Position numbers and translations under genes: made by a program. A DNA stretch of 64,000 bases from assembly GCA_964016885.1 (NCBI GenBank), contig OZ024756.1, positions 11,036,001 through 11,100,000 of the forward strand, in the 5' to 3' direction. This DNA comes from Eledone cirrhosa (lineage: Eukaryota). The notes beneath the pieces are model-generated. The model did not search any database, was not told where the DNA came from, and saw only the letters and a program-made list of their open reading frames with translations. Below, piece by piece: positions 28,691-42,787 of this stretch (the first letter of the stretch is position 1; the number at the start of each line of letters is the position of its first letter).

Positions 28691-28750
28691 AAGTAACTTC
28701 TACAGGATCAGTACTGTTTCATTCTGTGATACAATCATCAGGAGATCTTC
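28691..28750 (-). ncRNA. Degenerate hammerhead core, same family as 9898-9940
   Basis: Minus: cCTGATGAtt..agaatGAAAcagtactgatcctgtagaa versus cCTGATGAtt..agaatGAAAcagttctagtcttgtagaa; no clear stem I. Confidence 0.45.
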
Positions 28751-28953
28751 ACAATTTTGTCACAAAATGATGCAGTACCAGTTATATAGAGGCCAGTTTT
28801 ATTTGAAGTCATCATTTACGATGAATGTATGTGTGTTGTATATATATATATATATATATAGCCTGGTCTATTCGATTTTTTATATAGTTAATTATGCTAA
28901 TTGGGAGAGGAAATGGTATATATTTTATCTTGTGTTTCTATAGACATGTTTTA

Positions 28954-28991
<38 letters not shown>

Positions 28992-29000
<9 letters not shown>

Positions 29001-29335
29001 TAAACGGAAAAGAAAATGCTGACAAATTGTTCACAGTGAAAAATAGTTTAATTAGGAATAAGTGAGAATTAGTAATAGTATTGGTTTTAAGTTTTACTGG
29101 TTGCGCATTTCTAATGCTTTTCAAAAATAATTTTGAGATAGAGCGTCCGTGATATTTGCTCTGCAGAGCAAACATCACGGACGCTCTATCTCAAAATTAT
29201 TTTTGAAAAGCATTAGAAATGCGCAACCAGTAAAACTTAAAACCAATACTATTACTAATTCTCACTTATTCCTAATTAAACTATTTTTCACTGTGAACAA
29301 TTTGTCAGCATTTTCTTTTCCGTTTACTAATATAT
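28992..29335. repeat. Spacerless 344-bp palindrome centred on CTGCAG (29161-29166)
   Basis: Arms are reverse complements with two mismatches seen; the same ORF appears on both strands; flanked by (TA)n. Confidence 0.95.
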
Positions 29336-29395
29336 CATAACTTGTGTGTTACACCTCTATTCTTTTAAATATATATATATATATATATATATATA

Positions 29396-29665
29396 ATCAT
29401 CATCATCATCATTACTGTTTAATGTCTATTTTCCATGCTTGCATCAGTTAGAGAGGTTGTTAGATTATGAAACTAGTTAGGTCAGGGGACCATGTCTTGC
29501 TCATAGGAGGCTTTTTTTTTGTTTTTCTTGGGCTTGGTTTCTCCAGTTTGATGCCTTTCCTAATGCCAACAACATTTACAGGGTGGACTGGGTGCTTTTT
29601 ATCATAGCATCAGAACAATGACTTGACAGAGTGGACTGGGGGATTTTTTTTTTTTTTTTCATCAT
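29396..29665 (-). mobile_element. SINE family B fragment with (GAT)n tail
   Basis: (CAT)n-TTTAATGTCTATTTTCCATGCTTGCAT...GGTTTCT..GATGCCTTTCCTAATGCCAAC...GTGGACTGGGTGCTTTTT; similar copies at 30463, 30800, 33830, 53930 and 55400. Confidence 0.75.
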
Positions 29666-30046
29666 GGTACCAACATACACACACACATATATGTGGAGAG
29701 AGGGGGGGGGGGGAGAGAAAGAGAGAGATGAGGGGGAGAGAGAGAGGAGAAAGAGAGGGAGAGAGAGAGATCTTTATGTTTCAATGTAGTTGTCGAATAG
29801 CGTAGATATGAATATTTGAAAAAAGAAAAAGCAAATGTTGGTAAGATTAGTTTAATAGTGTAAATATTTCTAATCTTGTTAACTACAACTACAGACATTC
29901 CAACATTTAACCACTTACAATGTTCAACACAGATACACAAATTTCTTTTATTTAATTATAATTTTAGAAGCTAAGAGTTTACAGTGTCAATACTGTATCA
30001 TGTAGTGTGTGTATCTATATATATATATATATATAAATGAGATAAT

Positions 30047-30436
30047 TGTTTCTACTTTAGGCACAAGGCCAGCAATTACCCAGTGCATTACTGGTACTTA
30101 ATTTTATCGACCCCGTAAGGATGAAAGGCAAAGTCAACCTCGGCAGGATTTGAACTCAGATCGTAAAGGGACGTAACTATGCTGGAAAGCATGGCGTCCG
30201 ACCCTCTACTGATACTGCCAATCCACCGCCCTCATATAAATGAGATAATTGTTTCTACTTTAGGCACAAGGCCAGCAATTACCCAGTACATTACTGGTAC
30301 TTTATTTTATCGACCCCGTAAGGATGAAAGGCAAAGTCAACCTCGGCGGGATTTGAACTCAGATCGTAAAGGGACGTAACTATGCTGGAAAGCATGGCGT
30401 CCGACCCTCTACTGATACTGCCAATCCACCGCCCTC
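30047..30436 (-). mobile_element. Two tandem full-length family A SINEs (203-bp period) bounded by three copies of a 16-bp target site duplication (TSD)
   Basis: ATATAAATGAGATAAT at 30031, 30234 and 30437; B-box GAGTTCAAATC on the minus strand; GCCTTTCATCCTTACGGGGTCGATAAA resembles the Deu/Nin SINE domain as I recall it. Confidence 0.88.
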
Positions 30437-30462
30437 ATATAAATGAGATAATGAGATCGAGA

Positions 30463-30717
30463 TCGTGTAGGTGTCACGAGAAAAAAAAAACACAGTTCAC
30501 GCTGTAATGTGGTTGTGTAGGTAAAAAGTTCCCAGTTCCACACTGTAAATGTGGTTGGTGTCAGGAAGGGCATCCAGCCGTAGAAAACCCGCCAGACAGT
30601 CCTATATGAGCGAGACACGGTCACCCAACCAACCTTACCTCAAGTGGGACAACTCCTGTCTAACCCATGCTAGCATGGAAAATGGACGTTAAACGAAGAT
30701 GATGATGATGATGATGA
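30463..30717 (+). mobile_element. SINE family B 3' part with (GAT)n tail
   Basis: GGTTGGTGTCAGGAAGGGCATCCAGCCGTAGAAA...CATGGAAAATGGACGTTAAACGA(GAT)n; monomer of the 139-bp array. Confidence 0.8.
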
Positions 30718-30925
30718 TATGTGTGTGTGTATGTGTATATACATACATATATATTCAATTTGGATCATCATCATTTCATTTTATATGAACTGATGCTGGC
30801 TTGATTTCTACAGCTGGATGCCCTTCCTAACACCAACCTCATTTACAGTGAGTGAGTGCTGGGTGCTTTTTTGCCGTGGCACCTCCACGACCACTTTGCA
30901 GTGGAAAGATAGGGACCCCAGTCCC

Positions 30926-31279
30926 TATCATCTCATTTCTACAGCTGAGTAAACTGGAGCAATGTGAAATAAAGTGTCTTGATCAAGGAAACAACACATC
31001 ACCCGGTCTGAGAATTGAACTCACAACCTTTCGATTGCAAGGCCAATGCTTTAACCACTAAGCCATGTGCCTCCATTACATAGCCATGTACCTCCATTCA
31101 CACAGATATATATAAATATATATATCTGTGTGAAGGTGCATGGTTTAGTGGTTAGAGCATTGGGCTTGCAATCGAAATGTTGTGAGTTCAATTCTCAGAC
31201 CAAGTGATATGTTGTTTCCTTGAGCAAGACACTTTATTTCACATTGCTCCAGTTTACTCAACTGTAGAAATGAGATGAT
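30926..31279. mobile_element. Head-to-head inverted pair of tRNA-derived CORE-like SINEs (family C)
   Basis: A-box TGGTTTAGTGG, B-box GAGTTCAATTC, CORE-like TTCCTTGAGCAAGACACTT; arms meet at a TA-rich centre near 31114. Confidence 0.85.
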
Positions 31280-31284
31280 AATAG

Positions 31285-32060
31285 CTGACTTTGTAGGCCA
31301 GCTGTAGATCTGCATGGTCTACGACACGGGTGACAGACGAGAATTGTGGTTTCCACAGGACCGGTGGGGTCACCCTGTGGAACACAATCTTTATGTACCT
31401 CCATATGTTATTTTTAGTCCGGAACTTGTTGGATATCACGTACATTGTTCGGCCGGGTCTTTGTAGAGTGGTGTTGCGGGTGGTTATCCTTTTATGTGAC
31501 TTCAGGTGATTAACATAACCATCCTTTGAGATGAGTACATGCTGACAGAAATGGCATGTCCAACTACTGATGACTTCATTAAGACTGTAAGCACAGTCCT
31601 TCCGGAGCTGACGTTTCAGTTGTTTATGATCTAGACGACATTCCTCAAAAGTTTTGCAACTGTCCTTTATGCGCTTTCTCCACTCAGCCCTATTTAGAGC
31701 TATCTCCTCCCAGTTGTCTATATCAAATGCCTGCTCTTTGAAGTTGTTCTTGATTCTGTCCTTGTACCTCATTTTCGGTTTGTGTTGAGGTCTTTTTCCA
31801 AGATGGGGTTCACCATAAAACAGTTGCTTCGGGATCCTGCTTTCTTTCAAATAGACGATATATCCAGTCCAGTACATTTGAGAAGAGGTTACTTGTGACT
31901 CAATGCTTGGACATCCTGCTTTGATAAGGATATGGATGTCAGGAGTTCTGTCTTGCCACTTGATGTTGAATATGCTCCTTAAACGTTTCTGCTGAAAGTA
32001 CTCAAGCAGTTTGATGCATTTGTGGAATAGCGTCCATGTTTCAGGCAGAACAAATGATCT
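31285..32060 (-). mobile_element. RTE-clade LINE 3' fragment with C-terminal C2H2-like finger
   Basis: ETWTL..LEYFQQKRLRSIFNIKWQD, RIPKQLFYGE, PKMRYKD, NWEEIALNRAEWR, CHFC...HLKSH. Confidence 0.88.
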
Positions 32061-32629
32061 ATTCACACATGATCTATACACCCAGTCAAATATGCATACA
32101 TACCTACCTACCTACATACATACATATATATATATTGTTATACTTTGGGAGGATCATCTTTCCTATAAAAACACACACCTGTTGGTTTTCACTTCAATTT
32201 ATTATAAACTTCCATTTGGTTATTAAAATAACCGGATGGTTGATTATTTGTTTATTGTCAAAGCTCTTTCATCACACATTCTGTGTCCTCCTCAGTGACT
32301 AATTTGTTATTTTGTATCTCTCCTTTGTTCTGTTCTACAATATCTTGTTTTTGTGCATTGTGTAGAAATAGTGTGTTTTATTAGAAGGCCACAGCAATGT
32401 AACTGGGACAATGTTAAAAATAACAATAACAAAGATGTTGGAATGTTACTTAGAAGTTACTTAGAACAGTCCTTAATATTTCAGGATAAAATACCTTCAT
32501 CAAAAGAAAAGTTGAAGAAACTAATTCTGAGCAGTATATCTTGTGTCATTTTATACTGTCATTTTTTTTATCTGAAAGTGGTGGGTTTTTTTTTTCAATG
32601 CTGGATGTAGTGAATGGATCATATGGTGT

Positions 32630-32802
32630 CTGATCTAAGCTATGTTCTGATTTAAGCTTTGTTCTGATTTAAGCTGATCTAAGCTATGGTATGATCTAAG
32701 CTATACTCTGATCTAAGCTATGTCCTGATCTAAGCTATGTCCTGATCTAAGCTCTGTCCTTATCTAATCTATGTTATGATCTAAGGTGATCTAAGCTATG
32801 TT
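32630..32802. repeat. Short imperfect tandem repeat (TGATCTAAGCTATGTYC, about 17 bp)
   Basis: Direct reading. Confidence 0.8.
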
Positions 32803-33049
32803 TGAATCTATTTTTGATGTGTCTCTGTTTGCCACTAAGGTCTTGAGTTCTAGTCTGTTGTTGATTTGGGGTTTGAGCTTGGTGCAAATGTGAATGCAGT
32901 CATACATTAATATAGGTTCTTCAACAGTTTAAGAAACAAGAGGTTAGGGTTAGCGTTATAGGTTGTTTTAAGAAACAAGAGGGCCTGTTAACCAACATAA
33001 AGCTGATTCAGAAGAGAGTAAAGGGGTTTTTGTGTTGTAAACATTTTTG

Positions 33050-33380
33050 TTTTTTAAAGCAACATTTTCTGAACTAAATATAGTGTTATTTATTTAAGTA
33101 GTTTAGTACAAAAGGATCCGAAAGTATGCTGATTTCAGGATCAATGGTTATTGAAAAGGCCAAACAGTTTGACAAAGATATAGATATGTATTGGAGAGGC
33201 TCACATATTTTCATTTTGATGATCTAGAAACTTTAAAATATGACGTTCGTAAATATAATTTCTCTGCTGAAAAGTATTGAGCAGATATTGAGGCTGCTGA
33301 AAAGCAGCTGTGATGTATTTGATGGCCAGGTTATAAAACAGGATTTAACTCTTTCTCAGATATTACAGATGATATATAGC
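33050..33380 (+). mobile_element. pogo/Tigger-like DNA transposase relic (CENP-B-type HTH region)
   Basis: Own translation: SESMLISGSMVIEKAKQF then ADIEAAEK and LTLSQI, typical of Tigger/pogo (ISGPMxxEKA, SADxEAA, QIYNADET); stops and frameshifts present. Confidence 0.65.
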
Positions 33381-33598
33381 TTTTCTTCTCATGTTTATCT
33401 CATCTTATTCTAATGCAAGCAAGGTCAGAATTCTCACATCGCTTTCTGTTCAAACTGGCTGTAATTGGTTGCTCATACTGATGTTAAGGTATTGTTGTTA
33501 AATAAATAATATCAAAATCTCATAGATTCGATATTATGTGAGATATTATGTTAAATAAAGTGTTTACCATGAAAATACAATAGTATGTATAGAATAAT

Positions 33599-33774
33599 TG
33601 TTTCTACTTTTGGCACAAGGCCAGCAATTACCCCAGTACATTACTGGTACTTTATTTTATCGACCCCGTAGGGATGAAAGGCAAAGTTAACCTCGGCGGG
33701 ATTTGAACTCAGAATGGCAAGGGTCGTAACTCTATGCGTCTGACCCTCTACCGATACTGCCAATCCACCTCCCT
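33599..33774 (-). mobile_element. Family A SINE with 18-bp TSD
   Basis: TAGTATGTATAGAATAAT at 33581 and 33775. Confidence 0.88.
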
Positions 33775-33924
33775 TAGTATGTATAGAATAATGTAAATAC
33801 TAAAGGGCTAATGTCCTGTACCACATGAAATCACATTGTATCCATGCATGTTGTAAGGAGCATCTAAAAAGGTTGGTGTCAGGAAGGGCATCTGGTTGCC
33901 TCAAAAAGTCCTCTCCAACCCATG

Positions 33925-34491
33925 CCATGATGGTGGTGATGACCACAATGATGATGATGGCGTTAGTTGTGGTGGTGGAGGTGACGATGATGATGATGGT
34001 TGTGGTGGTAGTGATAATGATGGTGATAGTGGTGATGGCAATTGTGTTAGTTGTGGTGTTGGTGGTGATGATGATGATGGTGATAGTGGTAGTGATGATG
34101 GTAGTGATGGTAGTTGTGATGATGATGATGGTGATAGTGGTAGTGAAGATGGTAGTGATGGTAGTTGTGATGATGATGTTGATGTTGGTAGTGAAGATGG
34201 TAGTGATGGTAGTTGTGATGATGATGATGGTAGTGATGATGTTGATGTTGGTGATGATGATGGTAGTGAAGGTAGTGATGATGGTGATGGTGGTGATGGT
34301 GATGATGATGATGAAGGCAGTGGTGATGATGTTGGTAGTGATGATGATGATGATGATGTTGGTAGTGATGATGGTGGTGATGGTGATGGTGGTGATGATG
34401 ATGGTGGTGGTGGTGGTGATGATGTTGGTAGTGATGGTGGTGGTGGTGATGTTGATGATGATGATGATGATGTTGGTAGTGATGGTAGTTG

Positions 34492-34522
<31 letters not shown>

Positions 34523-34672
34523 GGTGGTGGTGATGATGTTGGTAGTGATGATGATGATGATGTTGGTAGTGATGATGGTGGTGGTGGTGATGGTGGTGGT
34601 GATGTTGATAGTGATGATGATGATGAAGGCAGTGGTGATGATGGTGATGAAGATGATGATGATGTAATGATG
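33925..34672. repeat. (GAT/GGT/AGT)n microsatellite directly 3' of a family B SINE fragment
   Basis: Follows GGTTGGTGTCAGGAAGGGCATC...AACCCATGCC, where the SINE tail is expected. Confidence 0.93.
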
Positions 34673-34885
34673 GTGACACTAAATGAAGTGATATTCAATA
34701 TAGTACTACTATAAGGTCGTTAACTCAACATTTAATTAAACAATTATACTAAGTTACTTCTATCTTAATAAATGAAGTGAAATTAATATATTTCTCTGTG
34801 TTAAGTAAAGGACTTTATTTAAAGTTGAAATATCTAACGACTATTTCACTTTAATGAGTGCCGTGTAATTGATATTTTTATTATG

Positions 34886-34907
34886 TTCTCCACTATACAC
34901 ATTTCTA

Positions 34908-34957
<50 letters not shown>

Positions 34958-35025
34958 TTCTCCACTATACACATTTCTATACTATATATATATATATATA
35001 TATTTCTACACTATACACATTTCTA

Positions 35026-35063
<38 letters not shown>

Positions 35064-35085
35064 CTACATTATATACATTTTTACG

Positions 35086-35117
<32 letters not shown>

Positions 35118-35413
35118 CTCCACTATACACATTTCTATACTATATATATATATATATATATATTTCTACACTATACACATTTCTATACTATATATATATA
35201 TATATATATATTTCTACACTATACACATTTCTATACTATATATATATATATATATATATTTCTACACTATACACATTTCTATACTATATATATATATATA
35301 TATATTTCTACATTATATACATTTTTACACTATATATATATATATATATTTCTCCACTATACACATTTCTATACTATATATATATATATATTTCTACACT
35401 ATACACATTTCTA

Positions 35414-35453
<40 letters not shown>

Positions 35454-38400
35454 CTACATTATATACATTTTTACACTATATATATATATATATATATATA
35501 TTTCTCCACTATACACATTTCTATACTATATATATATATATATATATTTCTACACTATACACATTTCTATACTATATATATATATATATTTCTCCACTAT
35601 ACACGTTTCTATACTATATATATATATATATATTTCTACACTATACACATTTCTACACTATACACATTTCTATACTATATATATATATATATTTCTACAC
35701 TATACACATTTCTATACTATATATATATTTCTACACTATACACATTTCTATAATATATATACATTTCTACACTATACACATTTCTATAATATATATACAT
35801 TTCTCCACTATACACATTTCTATAATATATATATACATTACTCCACTATATATACATTTCTCCACTATACACCTTTCTATAATATATATACATTTCTCCA
35901 CTATACACATTTCTATAATATATATACATTTCTCCACTATAAACATTTCTATAATATATATACATTTCTACACTATACACATTTCTATAATATATATACA
36001 TTTCTACACTATACACATTTCTATAATATATATACATTTCTCCACTATACACATTTCTATAATATATATATACATGACTCCACTATATATACATTTCTCC
36101 ACTATACACCTTTCTATAATATATATACATTTCTCCACTATACACATTTCTATAATATATATACATTTCTCCACTATAAACATTTCTATAATATATATAC
36201 ATTTCTACACTATACACATTTCTATAATATATATACATTTCTCCACTATACACATTTCTATAATATATATACATTTCTACACTATACACATTTCTATAAT
36301 ATATATACACATTTCTATAATATATAAACATTTCTCCACTATACACATTTCTATAATATATATACATTTCTACACTATACACATTTCTATAATATATATA
36401 CATTTCTCCACTATATATACATTTCGCCACTATACACATTTCTATAATATATATACATTTCTCCACTATACACATTTCTATATTATATATACATTTCTAC
36501 ACTATACACATTTCTATAATATATATACATTTCTACACTATACACATTTCTATAATATATATAGATTTCTCCACTATATACATTTCTATAATATATATAC
36601 ATTTCTACACTATACACATTTCTATAATATATATACATTTCTGCAATATACAATTTCTATAATATATAAACATTTCTCCACTATACACATTTCTATAATA
36701 TATAAACATTTCTATAATGTATATATATATATATTTCTACACTATACACATTTCTATACTATATATATATATATATTTCTCCACTATACACATTTCTATA
36801 ATATATATACATTTCTCCACTATACACATTTCTATAATATATATATGTTTCTCCACTATACACATTTCTATAATATATATACATTTCACCATTATATACA
36901 TTTCTATAATATATATACATTTCTACACTATACACATGTCTATACTATATATATATATATATTTCTACACTATACACATTTCTATACTATATATATATAT
37001 TTCTACACTATACACATTTCTATAATATATATACATTTCTACACTATACACATTTCTATAATATATATACATTTCTCCACTATACACATTTCTATAATAT
37101 ATATACATTTCTCCACTATATATATACATTTCTCCACTATACACATTTCTATAATATATATACCTTTCTCCACTATATATACATTTCTCCACTATACACA
37201 TTTCTATAATATATATATATATATACATTTCTTCACTATACACATTTCTATAATATATATATACATTTCTCCACTATACACATTTCTATAATATATATAC
37301 ATTTCTCCACTATACACATTTCTATAATATATATACATTTCTACACTATACACATTTCTATAATATATATACATTTCTCCACTATATATAAATTTCGCCA
37401 CTATACACATTTCTATAATATATATACATTTCTACACTATAAACATTTCTATAATGTATATATATATATACATTTCTCCACTATACACATTTCCATAATA
37501 TATATACTTTTCTCCACTATACACATTTCTATAATATATATACATTTCTCCACTATAAACATTTCTATAATATATATACATTTCTACACTATACACATTT
37601 CTATAATATATATACATTTCTACACTATACACATTTCTATAATATATATACATTTCTCCACTATATATAAATTTCGCCACTATACACATTTCTATAATAT
37701 ATATACATTTCTACACTATAAACATTTCTATAATGTATATATATATATACATTTCTCCACTATACACATTTCCATAATATATATACTTTTCTCCACTATA
37801 CACATTTCTATAATATATATACATTTCTCCACTATACACATTTCAATAATATATATACATTTCTACACTATACACATTTCTATAATATATATACACATTT
37901 CTATAATATATAAACATTTCTCCACTATACACATTTCTATAATATATATACATTTCTACACTATACACATTTCTATAATATATATACATTTCTCCACTAT
38001 ATATACATTTCGCCACTATACACATTTCTATAATATATATACATTTCTCCACTATACACATTTCTATAATATATATACATTTCTACACTATACACATTTC
38101 TATAATATATATACGTTTCTACACTATACACATTTCTATAATATATATACATTTCTCCACTGTATACATTTCTATAATATATATACATTTCTCCACTATA
38201 CACATTTCTATAATATATATACATTTCTACACTATACACATTTCTATAAAATATAAACATTTCTATAATGTATATATATATATATTTCTACACTATACAC
38301 ATTTCTATACTATATATATATATATATTTCTCCGCTATACACATTTCTATAATATATATACATTTCTCCACTATACACATTTCTATAATATATATACATT

Positions 38401-38493
38401 TCTCCACTATACACATTTCTATAATATATATACATTTCTCCATTATATACATTTCTATAATATATATACATTTCTACACTATACACATTTCTA

Positions 38494-38533
<40 letters not shown>

Positions 38534-39285
38534 CTACACTATACACATTTCTATACTATATATATATATTTCTACACTATACACATTTCTATAATATATA
38601 TACATTTCTACACTATACACATTTCTATAATATATATACATTTCTCCACTATACACATTTCTATAATATATATACATTTCTCCACTATATATATACATTT
38701 CTCCACTATACACATTTCTATAATATATATATATATATATACATTTCTTCACTATACACATTTCTATAATATATATATACATTTCTCCACTATACACATT
38801 TCTATAATATATATACATTTCTCCACTATACACATTTCTATAATATATATACATTTCTACACTATACACATTTCTATAATATATATACATTTCTCCACTA
38901 CATATACATGTCACCACTATACACATTTCTATAATATATATACATTTCTACACTATAAACATTTCTATAATGTATATATATATATACATTTCTCCACTAT
39001 ACACATTTCTATAATATATATACATTTCTCCACTATACATATTTTTATAGTATATATACATTTCTTCACTATACACATTTCTATAATATATATATACATT
39101 TCTCCACTATACACATTTCTATAATATATATACATTTCTCCACTATACACATTTCTATAATATATATACATTTCTACACTATACACATTTCTATAATATA
39201 TATACATTTCTCCACTACATATACATGTCGCCACTATACACATTTCTATAATATATATACATTTCTACACTATACACATTTCTAT

Positions 39286-39346
<61 letters not shown>

Positions 39347-40763
39347 TTCTCCACTATACACATTTCTATAATATATATACATTTCTACACTATACACATT
39401 TCTATAATATATACACACATTTCTATAATATATAAACATTTCTCCACTATACACATTTCTATAATATATATACATTTCTCCACTACATATACATTTCGCC
39501 ACTATACACATTTCTATAATATATATACATTTCTCCACTATACACATTTCTATAATATATATACATTTCTACACTATACACATTTCTATAATATATATAC
39601 ATTTCTACACTATAAACATTTCTATAATATATATACATTTCTCCACTATATACATTTCTATAATATATATACATTTCTACACTATACACATTTCTATAAT
39701 ACATATACATTTCTCCACTACATATACATTTCGCCACTATACACATTTCTATAATATATATACATTTCTCCACTATACACATTTCTATAATATATATACA
39801 TTTCTACACTATACACATTTCTATAATATATATACATTTCTACACTATACACATTTCTATAATATATATACATTTCTCCACTATATACATTTCTATAATA
39901 TATATACATTTCTACACTATACACATTTCTATAATATATATACATTTCTCCAATATACAATTTCTATAATATATAAACATTTCCCAACTATACACATTTC
40001 TATAATATATAAACATTTCTATAATGTATATATATATATATTTCTACACTATACACATTTCTATACTATATATATATATATATATATTTCTCCACTATAC
40101 ACATTTCTATAATATATATACATTTCTCCACTATACACATTTCTATAATATATATACCTTTCTCCACTATATATACATTTCTCCACTATACACATTTCTA
40201 TAATATATATATATATATATATACATTTCTTCACTATACACATTTCTATAATATATATATACATTTCTCCACTATACACATTTCTATAATATATATACAT
40301 TTCTCCACTATACACATTTCTATAATATATAGACATTTCTACACTATACACATTTCTATAATATATATACATTTCTCCACTACATATACATGTCGCCACT
40401 ATACACGTTTCTATAATATATATACATTTCTACACTATAAACATTTCTATAATGTATATATATATATACATTTCTCCACTATACACATTTCTATAATATA
40501 TATACATTTCTCCACTATACATATTTTTATAATATATATACATTTCTTCACTATACACATTTCTATAATATATATATACATTTCTCCACTATACACATTT
40601 CTATAATATATATACATTTCTCCACTATACACATTTCTATAATATATATACATTTCTACACTATACACATTTCTATAATATATATACATTTCTCCACTAC
40701 ATATACATGTCGCCACTATACACATTTCTATAATATATATACATTTCTACACTATACACATTT

Positions 40764-40800
<37 letters not shown>

Positions 40801-42716
40801 TTCTCCACTATACACATATTCTATAATATATATACATTTCTACACTATACACATTTCTATAATATATACACACATTTCTATAATAAATAAACATTTCTCC
40901 ACTATACACATTTCTATAATATATATACATTTCTCCACTACATATACATTTCGCCACTATACACATTTCTATAATATATATACATTTCTCCACTATACAC
41001 ATTTCTATAATATATATACATTTCTACACTATACACATTTCTATAATATATATACATTTCTACACTATAAACATTTCTATAATATATATACATTTCTCCA
41101 CTATATACATTTCTATAATATATATACATTTCTCCACTATACACATTTCTATAATATATATACCTTTCTCCACTATATATACATTTCGCCACTATACACA
41201 TTTCTATAATATATATACATTTCTCCACTATACACATTTCTATAATATATATACATTTCTACACTATACACATTTCTATAATATATATACATTTCTACAC
41301 TATAAACATTTCTATAATATATATACATTTCTCCACTATATACATTTCTATAATATATATACATTTCTACACTATACACATTTCTATAATATATATACAT
41401 TTCTCCACTACATATACATTTCGCCACTATACACATTTCTATAATATATATACATTTCTCCACTATACACATTTCTATAATATATATACATTTTTACACT
41501 ATTCACATTTCTATAATATATATACATTTCTACACTATACACATTTCTATAATATATATACATTTCTCCACTATATACATTTCTATAATATATATACATT
41601 TCTACACTATACACATTTCTATAATATATATACATTTCTCCAATATACAATTTCTATAATATATAAACATTTCCCCACTATACACATTTCTATAATATAT
41701 AAACATTTCTATAATGTATATATATATATATTTCTACACTATACACATTTCTATACTATATATATATATATATATTTCTCCACTATACACATTTCGATAA
41801 TATATATACATTTCTCCACTATACACATTTCTATAATATATATACATTTCTCCACTATACACATTTCTATAATATATATACATTTCTCCACTATATACAT
41901 TTCTATAATATATATACATTTCTACACTATACACATTTCTATACTATATATATATAGATATATATTTCTACACTACACACATTTCTATACTATATATACA
42001 TATTTCTACACTATACACATTTCTATAATATATATACATTTCTACACTATACACATTTCTATAATATATATACATTTCTCCACTATATCTATACATTTCT
42101 CCACTATACAAATTTCTATAATATATATACCTTTCTCCACTATATATACATTTCTCCACTATACACATTTCTATAATATATATACATTTCTCCACTATAT
42201 ATACATTTCTCCACTATACACATTTCTATAATATATATACCTTTCTCCACTATATATACATTTCGCCACTATACACATTTCTATAATATATATACATTTC
42301 TCCACTATACACATTTCTATAATATATATACATTTCTCCACTATATATACATTTCTCCACTATACACATTTCTATAATATATATATATTTCTCCACTATA
42401 CACATTTCTATAATATATATACATTTCTCCACTATACACATTTCTATAATATATATACATTTCTCCACTATACATATTTTTATAATATATATACATTTCT
42501 TCACTATACACATTTCTACAATATATATATACATTTCTCCACTATACACATTTCTATAATATATATGCATTTCTCCACTATACACATTTCTATAATATAT
42601 ATACATTTCTACACTATACACATTTCTATAATATATATACATTTCTCCACTACATATACATGTCGCCACTATACACATTTCTATAATATATATACATTTC
42701 TACACTATACACATTT

Positions 42717-42787
<71 letters not shown>

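Noticed and set aside
31130-31202. Possible tRNA gene
   Set aside because: A and B boxes are present but there is no good acceptor stem; it continues into a SINE body and has dispersed copies
33825-34714. Poly-Met/Val, Asp/Gly, Ser/Pro and His ORFs
   Set aside because: Trinucleotide microsatellite translations
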